Assembly: GCA_964016885.1 (NCBI GenBank)
Contig: OZ024743.1
Coordinates: 300,824,001-300,888,000 of the forward strand
DNA length: 64,000 nt
DNA from: Eledone cirrhosa
Lineage: Eukaryota
Direction: 5' to 3'
Below are positions 13,400-31,331 of this stretch, one piece after another. A program made the translations under genes and the position numbers. The notes beneath the pieces are model-generated. The model worked only from the letters and a program-made list of their open reading frames with translations. It did not search any database and had not been told where the DNA came from. Position 1 is the first letter of the stretch. Every line of letters begins with the position of its first letter.

Positions 13400-14243
13400 G
13401 GATATCAGCTCTTATCTACCCCCCGGTCATTATGGGATTTTAGGACAAGGTAGGTTATGCAATCTGTGTTTGCATTCGGTTAACATTTCGTCTTTCTTGT
13501 TTAGGAGTTGATCCTTCGAAAACAACATTTGTAATGTTTCCTCCGAGCATAAGTTACACGGACGGCGTCTTCCCGTGTAAGCGTTAGCACTGGACAGTAA
13601 GCTCCAAGTGAGATTATAGGTTATATTATTATCTTTAATGTCCCGAAAGTGTAGTGGCACGTCACCGGGCCGGGTCTCGGAAAGTATATCGGTGTTGGTA
13701 GAGCCGGGTCTTGAAGTCACAAACGGTTAATCCTATATAAGATTTGTTGGAGGTGTCCGTCCACACGTTGCAACGGTAGATCACATTACGATCTCGGCAT
13801 CTGTTGTTGAGGGGGCAGATGGATCTATCAGGACAGTTACACCTCCTGGTCGGCTCTCCATTGGTGTCTAGGTTATTTCTTCCATAGGGGTTGAGTTTTG
13901 TGTTGTTAGAGAAGACGATGGTTTGTGCGAAGTTAGGTGTGGTGCTGTAGGAGAGTTTCATGGTGTTTTTGTTGATTATGTTGTGGTAGCGGTGTTGTAG
14001 TGGGAAGTGTTTTTCGGTGAGCCTAAAGAAGGTTTTCCCGATAGTTGTTGTCACCTCAGCATTATGGGGAGGATTGAACCACGTTACGTTGCGTGAGGAG
14101 CGGAGTCGGCTGCTTGTTCCGCTAATGGAATCTGGATAATAGGATATTTCCTCACTGAACCCACTCCGCTTGAGGGCCTGGTTGTAATAAGGCGCATGTT
14201 CTTCGAATATCTGGTCATTAGCGGACAAACGAGATAGATTCAT
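13400..14243 (-). pseudogene. PLE fragment of a second group (RT thumb, WFNPP, CNC-CPL-C linker, GIY-YIG, CxLC tail)
   Basis: ORF 13662..14243: LSRLSAN..YNQALKRSGF..WFNPP..KLSYS..CNCPDRSICPLNNRC..NVIY..YIGLT..FKTRLYQH. It continues frameshifted in 13430..13720: CNLCSEE..LLNKKDE..CKH. Confidence 0.85.
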
Positions 14244-14249
14244 CTGTCT

Positions 14250-14493
14250 TTATAACACATGTTTGACCAATCCCCTTGACAATTATTAACTTCGCATATG
14301 AGGAAATATCCCCTGAGAAGTTCGGCTATTTATTTACCAGGCAACAAATTCTATTTAGTCCAGAAATAGCCATCGAAACAGCTTGAGCTCTGCCGTCGGG
14401 GTCATACTTTTTCCTATTACCCACTCTACTACCCTAAGTATTGAATACTTTGGCGCGTTATGGCCCATCAGGTTCATTACCACAAGTCCTTCG

Positions 14494-14497
<4 letters not shown>
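14250..14497 (-). repeat. Terminal segment associated with the second PLE group; dispersed copies at 20500-20620, 24270-24437, 25535-25810, 26310-26370, 42850-43050
   Basis: Shared sequence ...ggaaaaagtatgaccccgacggcagagctcaagccgtttcgacggctatttctggactaa. It adjoins the GIY-YIG fragments at 14243 and 25520 and starts at TA arrays. Confidence 0.75.
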
Positions 14498-14557
<60 letters not shown>

Positions 14558-14589
14558 ATATATATATATATGAATAAATTTTGCAAGGT

Positions 14590-15290
14590 TTCTGATATGA
14601 AATCGTGTGTCGAAACAAATATTGTTAAACTTGGGGAGGGTCATATTGTTGTAATAATATTGCCAGAAATAATTGTTTCTACTTTAGGCACAAGGCCAGC
14701 AATTACCCAGTGCATTACTGGTACTTCATTTTATCGACCCCGTAAGGATGAAGGCAAAGTCAACCTCGGCGGGATTTGAACTGAGATCGTGAAGAGACGT
14801 ATATATGCTGGAAAGCATGGCGTCCGACCCTCTACCGATACTGCCAATCCACCGCCCAATATTACCAGAAATAATAACAGGACACATTCACTCTTTTGTT
14901 GGTTTCGCCTATGTATCTTTTCTAGTTCCACAGTTAATTTATTTGGCTACCAACGTTTATCATTGATTGACCAATGGTTAAAAATACAGATATAAATATA
15001 TATATATATAGTCTATCAAAGTTCTTTCGTTGCACATCTGTAACATCATCAATGGTACTATAAAAATGGGGTAGACATAAAATACAACACGAGGAAACAT
15101 AATAGTACCACTGATGATGTTGCAAATATGCAACAAAAGAACTTTGATAATATTTATATCTGTATTTTTAACCGTTGGTCAATCTATGAGAAACTTTGAT
15201 TGACAAATAAATTAACTATGGAGATATATAAAATACAGAAGCGAAAACCAACCAAACACTGAGTATATTCTGTTTTTATTTCTGGCAATA
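14590..15290. repeat. Old relative of the main PLE pLTR, folded back (14859-15061 / 15102-15290); homologue at 3369-3610
   Basis: aaatcgtgtgtcgaaac..tattgttaaacttggggagggtcat matches the ORF start of the main PLE. Decayed HHRs at ~15015-15056 (-) and ~15107-15148 (+). Confidence 0.65.
14674..14857 (-). mobile_element. tRNA-derived SINE inserted into an old PLE pLTR, with TSD
   Basis: Same family. Flanked by aatattgccagaaataat (14656-14673) and aatattaccagaaataat (14858-14875). Confidence 0.88.
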
Positions 15291-16270
15291 AAACACGACG
15301 TTTTCATGTGTTTTATCAATAAAACAGAGACAATGGAAGAAGGAAATATATACTATGCTCTAAGAGTTTAATAAAAGACAATACGGTTTCTTCATAGGAT
15401 TATATTTTGTAATACATAATATTGTGTGATTCAGCAGTAAATCCTGCAATTAAAAAAACAATATGTAGAAGGTTAAGACTAAAATATAGTTATTCTTAAA
15501 GCTGAAATTCACAGTGACTTTGCCAAGCACAATTTTATGGTGGTTAGTTTCCAATAAAATATCTGAAATGGTACAGCAGGTATCGTTTAATGTAAGTCCA
15601 TCTTAGACCATACTTTGTAAATATCATTGATTTTTTAATAAAATCTCACCAATATATAAGATGTGGTTTAGATTGAGGAAAGTCCACATTCTAAGAAGGC
15701 CTCGATTAATCGTTTTCTGTCAGCTGTCAAACTACTATATTCAAAAACTGCATACCTAAAATATTTATATTTCTTTCTTCATCGCCCCTCTCTCTTACAA
15801 TTTCTCTCTCTCAAACACTTTCTCTTACACTCAAACACACTTCGCTCTCCCTCTGTGTGTCTACCTACCTATCTATGGTTCTATCAATACATAGTGCCGT
15901 TATTGTTCGATTTTCTGAAATTGCAAAATAATCACTCTGTGGTGAGAGTTGTGATATATGACTGTATTAGATATTTCACCAAAACGGCGTATCTTTTACA
16001 CATGGTACATATATACGTCCATTGAAGTTTTAGTTTTTAGATTATCAAGACTAACACTGTCCCTGAAACTCTTACATAACATAGTGAGTGGGAGAGATAA
16101 TCAGAACTAAAGTGGCTGAAAGAGGGAGATAAATTATTCTATTTCATGATTACATTAATATTTCGTCTTCGAAGCGACTTTGAAAATATACACAATGGCA
16201 TGTTGATTCCCATTGGCCTGTTTGTAAGAAGCACGTGCACAATACAAACACACACACACACACACGCACT

Positions 16271-16368
<98 letters not shown>

Positions 16369-16397
16369 AATATATATATATATATTATATATATATA

Positions 16398-16472
<75 letters not shown>

Positions 16473-17819
16473 AATATATATATATAATATATATATATAG
16501 AATATAACTCGTCCCATGGACTGAGTGCACTACCACTACGGATATTACCTTCCTGTGTTCCACTAATATATATATATATATATGTGTGTGTATGTGTGGG
16601 TTTAGTGACATCAGCTTCATATATAATGATTCATGTCTTTGCTATTGTCAAATATTTGTGGTAGGTTTTGAAGGTGTTCCACGAAATATATCAAATTATA
16701 ATCGGTTTTAACAGGGTAATTTTGAATTGTCAGTCTAGTATAGCTAATAAAAAATATTGGAAAAATAAGAATATTATTTCCATCGGTTTGTTTTGGGCTG
16801 TCTGTGTAGGTTATTTACTTGACCCTAAGAGAACATAATCTTATAACTACTGTTGGCCATAGCATTATAGTAATATGAACAAACGGATTTGTTTTTAGAA
16901 ATGGAGGAGATAATCTTACAATAGATACTAAATTTCTGAAGGATAAGTTTCCTTTGAGTGTGTTTCATATCTTTGATAGGTTTATTGCATGGTTCTTGCG
17001 TGAGTAACACTAAGTGTGAATGTAACATCGATGAAATTCAGAATATAAAACAATTGTGAATAGTTAATCCTATTTTAAAGATATATATAAGAATATTCAT
17101 GAAAGAATCACAGTCCTGGTTGTTAATATGTCTAGATACGTACACGTCGCACTGAATTACAGTTCTTTTTTCTTCGTTCTTAGGTTCTTGCGCACCTTTC
17201 GGCGCATCGAGCAGAAAGTAGTCACAAACGATCACGATCAGCGTCGGGTTTTTCGCGTCCGTGCCAAGTGACGATAGCAGACGTCACGTATTTTTGAAAC
17301 GTTCGTCGCCAGGTGAACCAGTGGCAAAACCCCTTCCGTTTGTGGGAACATATAATTTAAGAGATATAAAGTATATAACTCACAAGAGAACAAACATCTC
17401 ACCATGCACTGGATTCACCCTTAATTAGTGGTCTCCGTGGTCTCACCACCACAGTCTATATATATATATTATACCTACAAGTTTATGTGTATAGAAATTC
17501 ATGTGAAGCAAGCATATAGTAGTATATATATATCACAAAAAAGTTCATGAAACTCCATATGAGAGAAATCTAGGATCATTGTTGTGATTTTTCCCCATTC
17601 ACTCTGCTATGAATTTTTATTTTCCTTACTCACGAGCTCTTCAACTGGAAGACACAAAGACTGCATTTACTAAATAAATGTCTAACGAAAAAAAAAAAAA
17701 CTAGATTGTGTTGTGTTTTTTTAATCTGAAAACTATAAACTACTTATATGCACTGAAAAACGTGGTTAATATGCCGCTTTTTAGAAACCTCATATATATA
17801 TACATATGTGGTGTTTATC

Positions 17820-18303
<484 letters not shown>

Positions 18304-18493
18304 AAATTTGACACGGTTTGCCTCCATTTTATACAAGTGACTTCAAATGATCATAATAGTGACAGAATGAACACCTCATTTTTTGAAGCCCTTTTCTACA
18401 TTAGTTTTACCAAGAAATTTACCAAATGTTCGAATTATGTAGAAGTCATATTGATAATTATTTACATTTGAAAGCAAACATACACACACACAT

Positions 18494-18550
<57 letters not shown>

Positions 18551-18999
18551 TAGATAATACATGTACATATACATATAATTGCAGATGAGACTCCAAACCA
18601 ACACTCTTTAAACATAATAAAAGAATATTTAAACTCTACTTTGGTATTGAGTATTTATTGTTACGTCCGTCAATATTTCAAGTACTCTCAGGTCTTGAAT
18701 AATCAACCCCACACCCGCCTATTAATTTGTCAGATGCCTCCGCCGGATTTCATTCCCCCAAAGCCCCGAGCCGCTTATTGAGTCTTGCCTATCTATCTCC
18801 GGCGAAATTTAATATAAATGATTCATATTGATACAGCACCTGGAGAATCCAATAATGATTTTAATTTACATAAAAAAAGCATTATATAGGAGAAAAGAAC
18901 ATTACATAAAATACCATATTTAAGCTCGTACACTATACAATTACATATTTTTAAAGTCCTCGCCCCTTATTGCCATCCCTCCTATTATTCTAGACACGT

Positions 19000-20010
19000 G
19001 AGTGCCTGCAAAATCTTCTCTCTATGTCTATCACACAAAACTCGCTTCTCTGTATCTATTAAAACCAAAGTGTAACCCTCGTTAAATCTCCCACGACACA
19101 GTGTCTCTTATCCCACTCTCTATATCTAAGACTCATGCACTACCTCACTCTCTATAAATATCTACACATATCTCTCCTGATACCCCTCTGTATATCAATC
19201 ACCAGTAAACTCTCACACTATTTACATCTTACTACATGGCACACTCTCATTATCCCGCTCTGTATATCTACAGCCACCAAATTCTCCCCCTTTATATATC
19301 TAATATAAAACAGTCTCTCCCTAAACCCCTTATTATATCACTTACCACCAAACTACACCCTTTATATATCTACCGTTCAATACTCTCTCTCATTCCCTAT
19401 CACTCTATCCATCACTACCAAACTCTCCCCCTCCCTATATACACCATACAACACACGCTCCACAACGCCTTCTCTATATCAATTATCACCAAACTATGCT
19501 CCTCCCTGTATCTACCATACAACACCATCTCTCATTCCCTCTCATTCTATCCATCAGTAACTAACTCTCCCTCACTCTATATCTGTCAATCCCTATCGCT
19601 ATCAATCCTCTCACTCTATTCATTACCATCAAATTCTCCTCCCCTCTACACCAATCATTCAACGTTTTCCCAAGCCCCCTCTATATCAATTAACAGCAAA
19701 CTCTCTCCCTCTCTATATCTACTACACGGAAATCTCTTCTAATATCCATCTCTATATCAATTAACGCCAAACTCTCTCTCTCTATATATATATATATATA
19801 CAATACGGTCTCTCTTCCAATCCGTCTATCTATAACAAATAACGCCAAATCTCCTCCTCTGTATACTGACTCTCTGCAAATTCCTCTCCTTATGTCAATA
19901 AATAACACTCCCACTCCCTCTTTATATATAATATACAACTCACTCTCCCAACCTTCCTCTCTATATCAATTAAAACCAAACTATCCAGCTCTCTTTATAT
20001 ATATCTATCT
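19000..20010. repeat. Degenerate CT-rich minisatellite (~70-bp period)
   Basis: Recurrent ctctatatcaattaac(a/g)ccaaactctc motif, e.g. at ~19470, 19679, 19750, 19960. Confidence 0.6.
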
Positions 20011-20466
20011 TTCCCATCTCTATATATCATGTACATAGATTGTAGCGCATATACAAATAGATGTGTGTTTTGGTAGTTTGGGGAGAAAATTATAATTATT
20101 GGGGGGCATTAGCCACCACCTAGTTTTACCACCCTTGTTAGTAGTTAGCGACTCGTCAACTGACCATTAGACTCTTAGTTCATCATTAATGACTATCGTA
20201 ATATTCATTTTTGTCTTACTTTTGCAAATAAAATAGTATCAAGTAGTGCTTTTGGAGGGGTCAGCGGACATTTGGAAAGAGAGGGGTCATTTAAAAAAAA
20301 ATACCTCTGGTGTGAGATCAAATGTTTAAAATATGTTTTACAAGTTTGTTGTTTATACACTTTGAAATTGATATTTTCTGATGTGGGGGGAAGGGTGCCA
20401 GAATCTAACCTTGCCTAGGGTGCCAGTTAGTCTGAAATTGGTCCTGAATATATATATATCTATATA

Positions 20467-20501
<35 letters not shown>

Positions 20502-20613
20502 CAATGGAATTGTGGTAAGGAACCAGATGGACCATAACGCACCAGACTACTCAATACTTAGGGTAGTAAAGTGGGAAATAGGAAAAAGTATGACCCCCGG
20601 GGTCATACATTTT

Positions 20614-20667
<54 letters not shown>

Positions 20668-20734
20668 AAGTAATCCCGTCGGGTGGGTCCAGGAATAAAG
20701 AGTGCTCTATGTAGGTTACAGAGCTTAATAGTTA

Positions 20735-24145
<3,411 letters not shown>

Positions 24146-24198
24146 TATATATATGTTTCTTATTACATAATTATATATATATATATATAATTATATAT

Positions 24199-24271
<73 letters not shown>

Positions 24272-25044
24272 AAAATGTATAACTCCAACGGCAGAGCTCA
24301 AGCCGTTTTGACGGCTATTTCTGAACTAAATTAGTATTTTTAGCCGAACTTGTCAAAGGGGTACTTCCTTATATGGGAAGATTGTAGTTGTCAAGAGGAT
24401 TGGTTAAAATTTGTTGTAAACACAAATAAGTCTATCATGGCATTTGGTGGGAGGTAGGGTTGGCTGAAATTGCCTGTAGAATAATAGGGGTGTGAGTGGA
24501 GCGGTCAAGCGTTGAAAGTGATATGTATACAGCAGATTCTAAGAATGTTGTATGAAGTGGAGGATGGATGTTACAGAATAGGTAAATCGAGTGAGAGTAG
24601 GAGACAATAAAAGATAATATTAAAAAAAATATATATATATAGTGTGAAATGAATAAAAAAAATCACAATGCTATCTTACAATTACAGGTTAATAAGTTGA
24701 GAATAGAAAACACTTGTAGAACTTGAGTAGTACCAGAACTGATACAAAATTAAAGGGGTTTAACACGTATGCTATAAGTAGTTAGTAAAACGTATTCGGC
24801 CAATTCTATCTTAAAATTACAGGGGTGATGGAACTGAGGCTAAAGAGGCCCGATGGGCTGCATCGGTGTTGACGAAAGCAGCCAAGGAAGAAAATAGGGG
24901 GTGGTAGGAAGTGATAGGATGAGACAGGAGGAAGAAGAATACAATGAGGAATAGAAAAGAAAAGAGATACATCTACCTAAGTAAGCTGGTGTTCCCCTAA
25001 CTTATTCGGCAAGTGTGTTTGTGGGCGGGGTGTATCAGCCTTGT

Positions 25045-25520
25045 CTACCCACACGGGTCGTTATGGGGTTTGAGGGCGAGGTAGGGCCCACGCAATCTGT
25101 GTTTGCATGCGGTTACCAGTTCGTCTTTCTTGTTTAGGAGTTGGTCCTTCGAAAACAGAATTTGTAATGTTTCCTCTGAGCATAAGTTACACGGACGTCG
25201 TCCTCCCGTGTAAGAGTTAGTTCTGGACAGTAAGCTCCAAGTGAGATTGCAGGTTATATTATTATCTTGGAGGTCCCAGATGTGGCCCGAATGCGTAGTG
25301 CCATGTCGCCGGACCGGGTTTCGGAATGTATGACGGTGTTGGTAGAGCCGGGTCTTGGAGTCACACGCGGTTAATCCTATATAAACTTTGTTGGAGGTGT
25401 CCGTCATCACGTTGCACTGGCAGATCCCGCTACGTTCTCGGCATTTGTTGATGAGAGGGCACGTAGATCTATCAGGACAGTTACACCTCCTGGTCGGCTC
25501 TCCACTGGTGTCTTGGTCAT
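25045..25520 (-). pseudogene. PLE GIY-YIG fragment, same family as 13400-14243
   Basis: CNCPDRSTCPL..YIGLT..KTRLYQH..CNLCSEE..LLNKKDE..CKH. Nucleotide similarity to 13.4-13.9 kb extends into the flanking UTR. Confidence 0.85.
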
Positions 25521-25805
25521 TTCTTCCAACCCCTATGGAAGAAATAGACTTATTTGTGTTTACAACAAATTTTAACCAATCCTCTTGACAACTACAATCT
25601 TCCCATATAACGAAGTACCGCCTTGGCAAGTTCGGCTATTTATTCACCAAGCTAAATAATCTAATTTAGTCCAGAAATAGCCGTCGAAACGGCTTGAGTT
25701 CTGCCGCCGGGGTCATATTTTTTCCTATTTCTCACTCTACTACCTTAAGTATTGAGTAGTCTGGTGCGTTATGGTCCATCTGGTTCCTTACCACAATTCC
25801 TTTGT

Positions 25806-26015
<210 letters not shown>

Positions 26016-26409
26016 TGCTTGCTCTTATCTAATCTCTCATAATTTGTATCCTCCAGATGTTCCTGAAATAAAGTTTAGAACCTATTTAGATCCTATTTAA
26101 ACGCTATAATAACTCTGAAGAAATCTGCTTTCTGCTAGGATGAAGCGGTCGGTAGGAATTAAATGTGTCAAACATTAAATGTTCTTTGATTATTATTTAC
26201 ATTGTATTTCGTCTCTGTATTAAACTTGACATATTACATCGATCTATATTCATACTTGTTACAATGTAATATTTAATATTACTCAACACACACACATATA
26301 AATATATATAACTCCAACGGCAGAGCTCAAGCCGTTCTGACGGCTATTTCTGGACTGAATTAGTATTTTTATTTATTAAATAACAGATTATATATATTTA
26401 TTAAATAAG

Positions 26410-26525
26410 AGATTAAAGTTTAAGCAAAGAATCGCTGCTTTCACCCTTAACGGGATCTTCTGAAACAGTTTCAGAAGATCCTGTTAAGGGTGAAAGCACC
26501 AATTCTTTGCTTAAACTTTAATCTG
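26410..26525. repeat. Near-perfect palindrome; homologue at 49270-49380 with HHR-like core
   Basis: The arms are complementary around ~26468. 49311-49334 reads CUGAAGA-uCCC-guuaa-GGGu-GAAA. Confidence 0.7.
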
Positions 26526-26617
26526 TTATTTTAATAAATATTTGCTCTACGGTTCTTATATATTTGATATATATTTATCCTTATCGTGCCCTCTTTGGAT
26601 TTTAGTCTTCAAATTTA

Positions 26618-26666
<49 letters not shown>

Positions 26667-26768
26667 GTGTGTATAATGGTAGCTATGGTGCTTCCATAAG
26701 CGGTATGCCAAAATCAGCACTCAATATTCTTACAGAGCAGAGTGTGAATAGTATAGAAAAACGAAAAA

Positions 26769-27055
<287 letters not shown>

Positions 27056-27735
27056 TCACATACGTGTGTAGCTCGAATCCAGAGCAGAGTATAAATATTT
27101 AATATATAATTTAGAAATAACTTCTACAGGACTATAATTGTTTCATTCGAAGACAATTATCAGGAAAGCCGACTGTCAATGTGATATGGTGGTATTTATA
27201 CATTTTTTTGCCGTAGGGGAAGATGGTGATTGGGATGGGTGTAGGTCATTGGTTGACCGATGTAAGGAAAGGGGATTCTTTGAAAAAAACTATACTTAGA
27301 GAAAAATACATAGTAAGAGAGAATAATACAAATGCAGGCACTCCTAATTTTCAAGGTCCATTTATCCTGAGCGAACAAAGTTTTCATTAAGTGCCTGTAT
27401 TAACTTCGTCAGTTAAGTTTTTCACACACACGCACACACAAACACATTCACCCCCACCCCCACCCCCCACATACACATATACATATATATGCACGTGCTT
27501 CGCTGTTGTTGTTTGGGTGATATACTCGATTGCTGATGGGGAGCCAACTATGTCTAGATATCGACGAAATGTATTCATTTTTTCAACATACATGGAAATT
27601 CAGTTTTTCCGTCATATTTACACCCCTACATATGACAAATGTGTAGATTTATATATACATTTGATCTCTCGGTTAAACACTCTCTTATATATACAAAAGC
27701 ACACACACACGCTCACACACATATATATATAGAGA

Positions 27736-27822
<87 letters not shown>

Positions 27823-27842
27823 GCATATGTATATATGTATAT

Positions 27843-28113
27843 ATATAAAGAAAAAGAGATGAAATCGAATATGCAACTGGAGTCTTATTTTTTTTTTAAA
27901 TATATATATTTATTTGGTTCCTTTACCGGTTTCGCAGTTCTTCTGCTTTTCAAAAGGTGAGTTAAGATGGAGGGTCTGTGGTTTTTCTCACATCTCAGAT
28001 GTTTTGAAAAGTAGAAGAACTGCGAAACCGGTAAAGGAACCAAATAAATATATATATTTAAAAAAAAAATAAGACTCCAGTTGCATTTTCGATTTCATCT
28101 CTTTTTCTTTATA
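27843..28113. repeat. Inverted repeat with ~112-bp arms carrying hammerheads
   Basis: 27843-27955 is the reverse complement of 28002-28113. Confidence 0.85.
27920..27957 (-). ncRNA. Hammerhead with U3-A8 core variant
   Basis: CCUU-UUGAAAA-GCAG-aagaa-CUGC-GAAA-CCGG-UA-AAGG. A second copy is in the opposite arm at 28002-28037. Confidence 0.7.
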
Positions 28114-28218
28114 CTTTCACTCGTGTAGGACACCTCGGTTATTTTTCCTTTTGTAAAAAAAACCTCACTTTCTAATGTATATATATATATATACATATAT
28201 ATGTATATCTATATATAC

Positions 28219-28249
<31 letters not shown>

Positions 28250-28272
28250 CATACATACATACATATATATCC

Positions 28273-28378
<106 letters not shown>

Positions 28379-29546
28379 ACATTGGGTACTGTTATCTAAG
28401 TTTATTAATCAGCTAGAAATTAAAACAACATTTTGACCATCATAAATAAATGATTTTGAAAAATGACAATGAAGACATTAATGCAAATAACACTGAAAAC
28501 AACGTACTCGTTAATATTTATATTTTAAATTTTCCAGGATCAATATTTATCTTGTGTTGGTTTATTTTAATAAACTTTAGCTCATCACACCTTATTAATT
28601 TCTGGTTGCTAATATTGTAATTAATAAATTCTCTAATGAATATTTTAATGATTATTCTATAAGAATAGAAATATGTAAATAGGAAAATGAGGAAAAGACC
28701 ATGAATCCTGTATTAATATTTCAGTGTATATTTTAATTAAATTTACCAATTAAGCAACTCATCAAATTAAATGAAGAACAAAATGTATTTCCCCAAAATA
28801 GAAATATTTTGTATCTTTTGTTTTACTAGTAAACCAAAATGGTAAATAATACCTAAATGTACACAAATAGCCATAACCGTCTACCCTCTTACCCAAACCT
28901 AGGGCAAAGTAGATTGAGTAAAAGTAAAATATTGTTAAACATATTATCTTTATAAATATATATCATTGATTTCGGTCTCCGCATTCTCTAAAACACTGTA
29001 ACCTGGAAGGCGAATGATGCAATGCGCAATGCAAAATTTGTGGCGATGTTTGTCGATTTTGAAAATATTTCTGGCCTGGCGATTCCATAGTTCACCAGGC
29101 ATGTTGACTGACATAATTCCAATATATACCTAACTGAAAATTCACGCCAATATAATGGCATTAATATGCATTCTTCGAAGGGGTAGGGCTTTATTCAGAT
29201 ATTCATATTCAGTACACTAAACAGTGTCTGTACTTTATTGCCAAGTAACAGCGATAGCGTAAATTATGTCTTCAATAGTAATAGTATTACTTCTATAAGC
29301 TCTATAATATTTCGGAAACACGTTGCATTTTTTCACTAATCCATTAGTGTGAGACCCTGGCTTCTTTCACATTGTTCAATATGTGCATCATTTTACGCAC
29401 CCTTTGATAAAAACTGGAAAGCTCGATTACTTCTTTGGAATATTGCAGAAGGCATTTAATAACTGCTGGAGCCTATCTAAATTTCAGATCTAAACATATG
29501 CAATTTCTTCACGAGGAGGATAGAGGGAATTGAAGAAATGAAATAA

Positions 29547-29705
29547 GAATAAGGATGAACCGAAGTCGACTGGTAATATTTCATCGAGTTCAAAATGATG
29601 AAAGGCAATGTTGATCTAAGTGGGGTTTGATTTCAGAGAAAAATTCCCAAAACGACTATCGCAAGGCATTATATCCCACATTCTAATCACCCTGCAAATA
29701 CGCCA
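29547..29705 (-). mobile_element. Older, diverged SINE copy
   Basis: actggtaatatttcatcga...gatgaaaggcaatgttgatct...ggtttga resembles the SINE core. Confidence 0.55.
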
Positions 29706-31149
29706 GATTTTGGAATTCCAGCTTACACATAAATGTCGGCCACACCAGCTAGCCTAGCAACTAACCAACCAACCACCAATTTTAGTAACCTGTCTTCATC
29801 AGTTTCACACTACAAGGAATTTCTGATCATATTACATCCCTTGCAAATAGTTACATCGTCTCTAACAGAGAAAAATAACGTTATATATTTCATGAAAGTT
29901 ATATTGCTTTTTAGTAGTACTACTACTTTTAATGTAGTGTAGACACAAGTATTGTGGGAGAAAATGTTTCTGCCATATGTTTAATCTTATGAATCGGAAA
30001 TGAAGTGCTTCGTTTTGTACCAAATTATTGACAGAGGAGGTCAAATTTGTTTAAGACTAATTATATAAACACAGAGGCCCATATAAACATCGTTACCGGA
30101 GGCAAATATATATGCACATATGCGCGTGTGCACACATTTATATTCTACATGAAGTAGAATCCCGTCTAAATGAAACTTCATGTAACTTTTAATTTCAGGT
30201 CCACTCTGTTAAAGTATACAAAATGTCCACATGAACTTCATATTACATTATATTTCCATGCCCATCTTGTATTTCAGAAAGATATATTACGTGTATAGTT
30301 CTACGCTATCAGTGTGTTTATGGAGTGATTTTAGAAATAAATTTTGATTGAGTATATAACATGACAAGTTAAATATCCGTGTGGTTATTGACTACGATTT
30401 GTTAAACCACGTGATGTCTCTGATATTGATCATATTTGATTTTCTTCACGTAATGTCATTTGCTAAATTGTCCAAGCAGAATGATTTGCTGCAAACAAAT
30501 TCCTGAGCAAGTATTTGAAACTTAAACTTGCCATCTTTTACCGATTGCTTTTATCGATTGCTTTAATATACTTGTTTTGTATTGACATCCAATCAAATCT
30601 CCTTTAGTATTTCGCTTTTCGTATGTTTTGAGGATATGATTATTTTGAATGGCAGTCAAACAAACAATTCTGCCAATTACATTCAATTTATTAAATACTA
30701 ATTAACAATACTCTCTTCAAACTAGTATAAGTGCTTTCTAATGTAATTTTATTGGCATTTTAATTTATTTAATGAGTGTATGTTGTCATTTTGCGCAACA
30801 TCGAAACGCTAGTGATATATACAATAAATGGGAAAATAGTTTCAGAAGCATAACTTGGTGTTATCTTTACTAATTAACAATCATTCAGTATATTTTATAT
30901 AGACCTTTGACACATTTCACACCCCGAAACGGAAAACCTTCTTAACCCCTGAAAATCTCTCTAAGTATGATTGGCTGGGATTTAGGGAGATTTGAAGAAA
31001 AAGGTGTCAATATTGTCAAACTTAGTAGAATATGTTTTTTGATGAAATTATCGGTTTGTGTATTTTTACATTTAGCTGAGTTATAATCAAAGGCGTTTCA
31101 TCTACGACAGACTTTACTTTCTTGTCATAGGTTGTCAACAATATATAAT

Positions 31150-31331
31150 TGTTTATACTTTTTGTCACAAGGCCAGTAATTACCCAGTACATTACTGGTT
31201 CTTTATTTTATCGACCCCGTAAGGATGAAAGTCAAAGTTAACCTCGACGGGATTTGAACTCAGACCGCAAAGGGACGTAACTATGCTAGAAAGCATACCG
31301 TCCAACCCTCTACCGATACTGCCAATTCACC
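31150..31331 (-). mobile_element. tRNA-derived SINE (same family)
   Basis: Matches 3166-3349. Confidence 0.85.
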
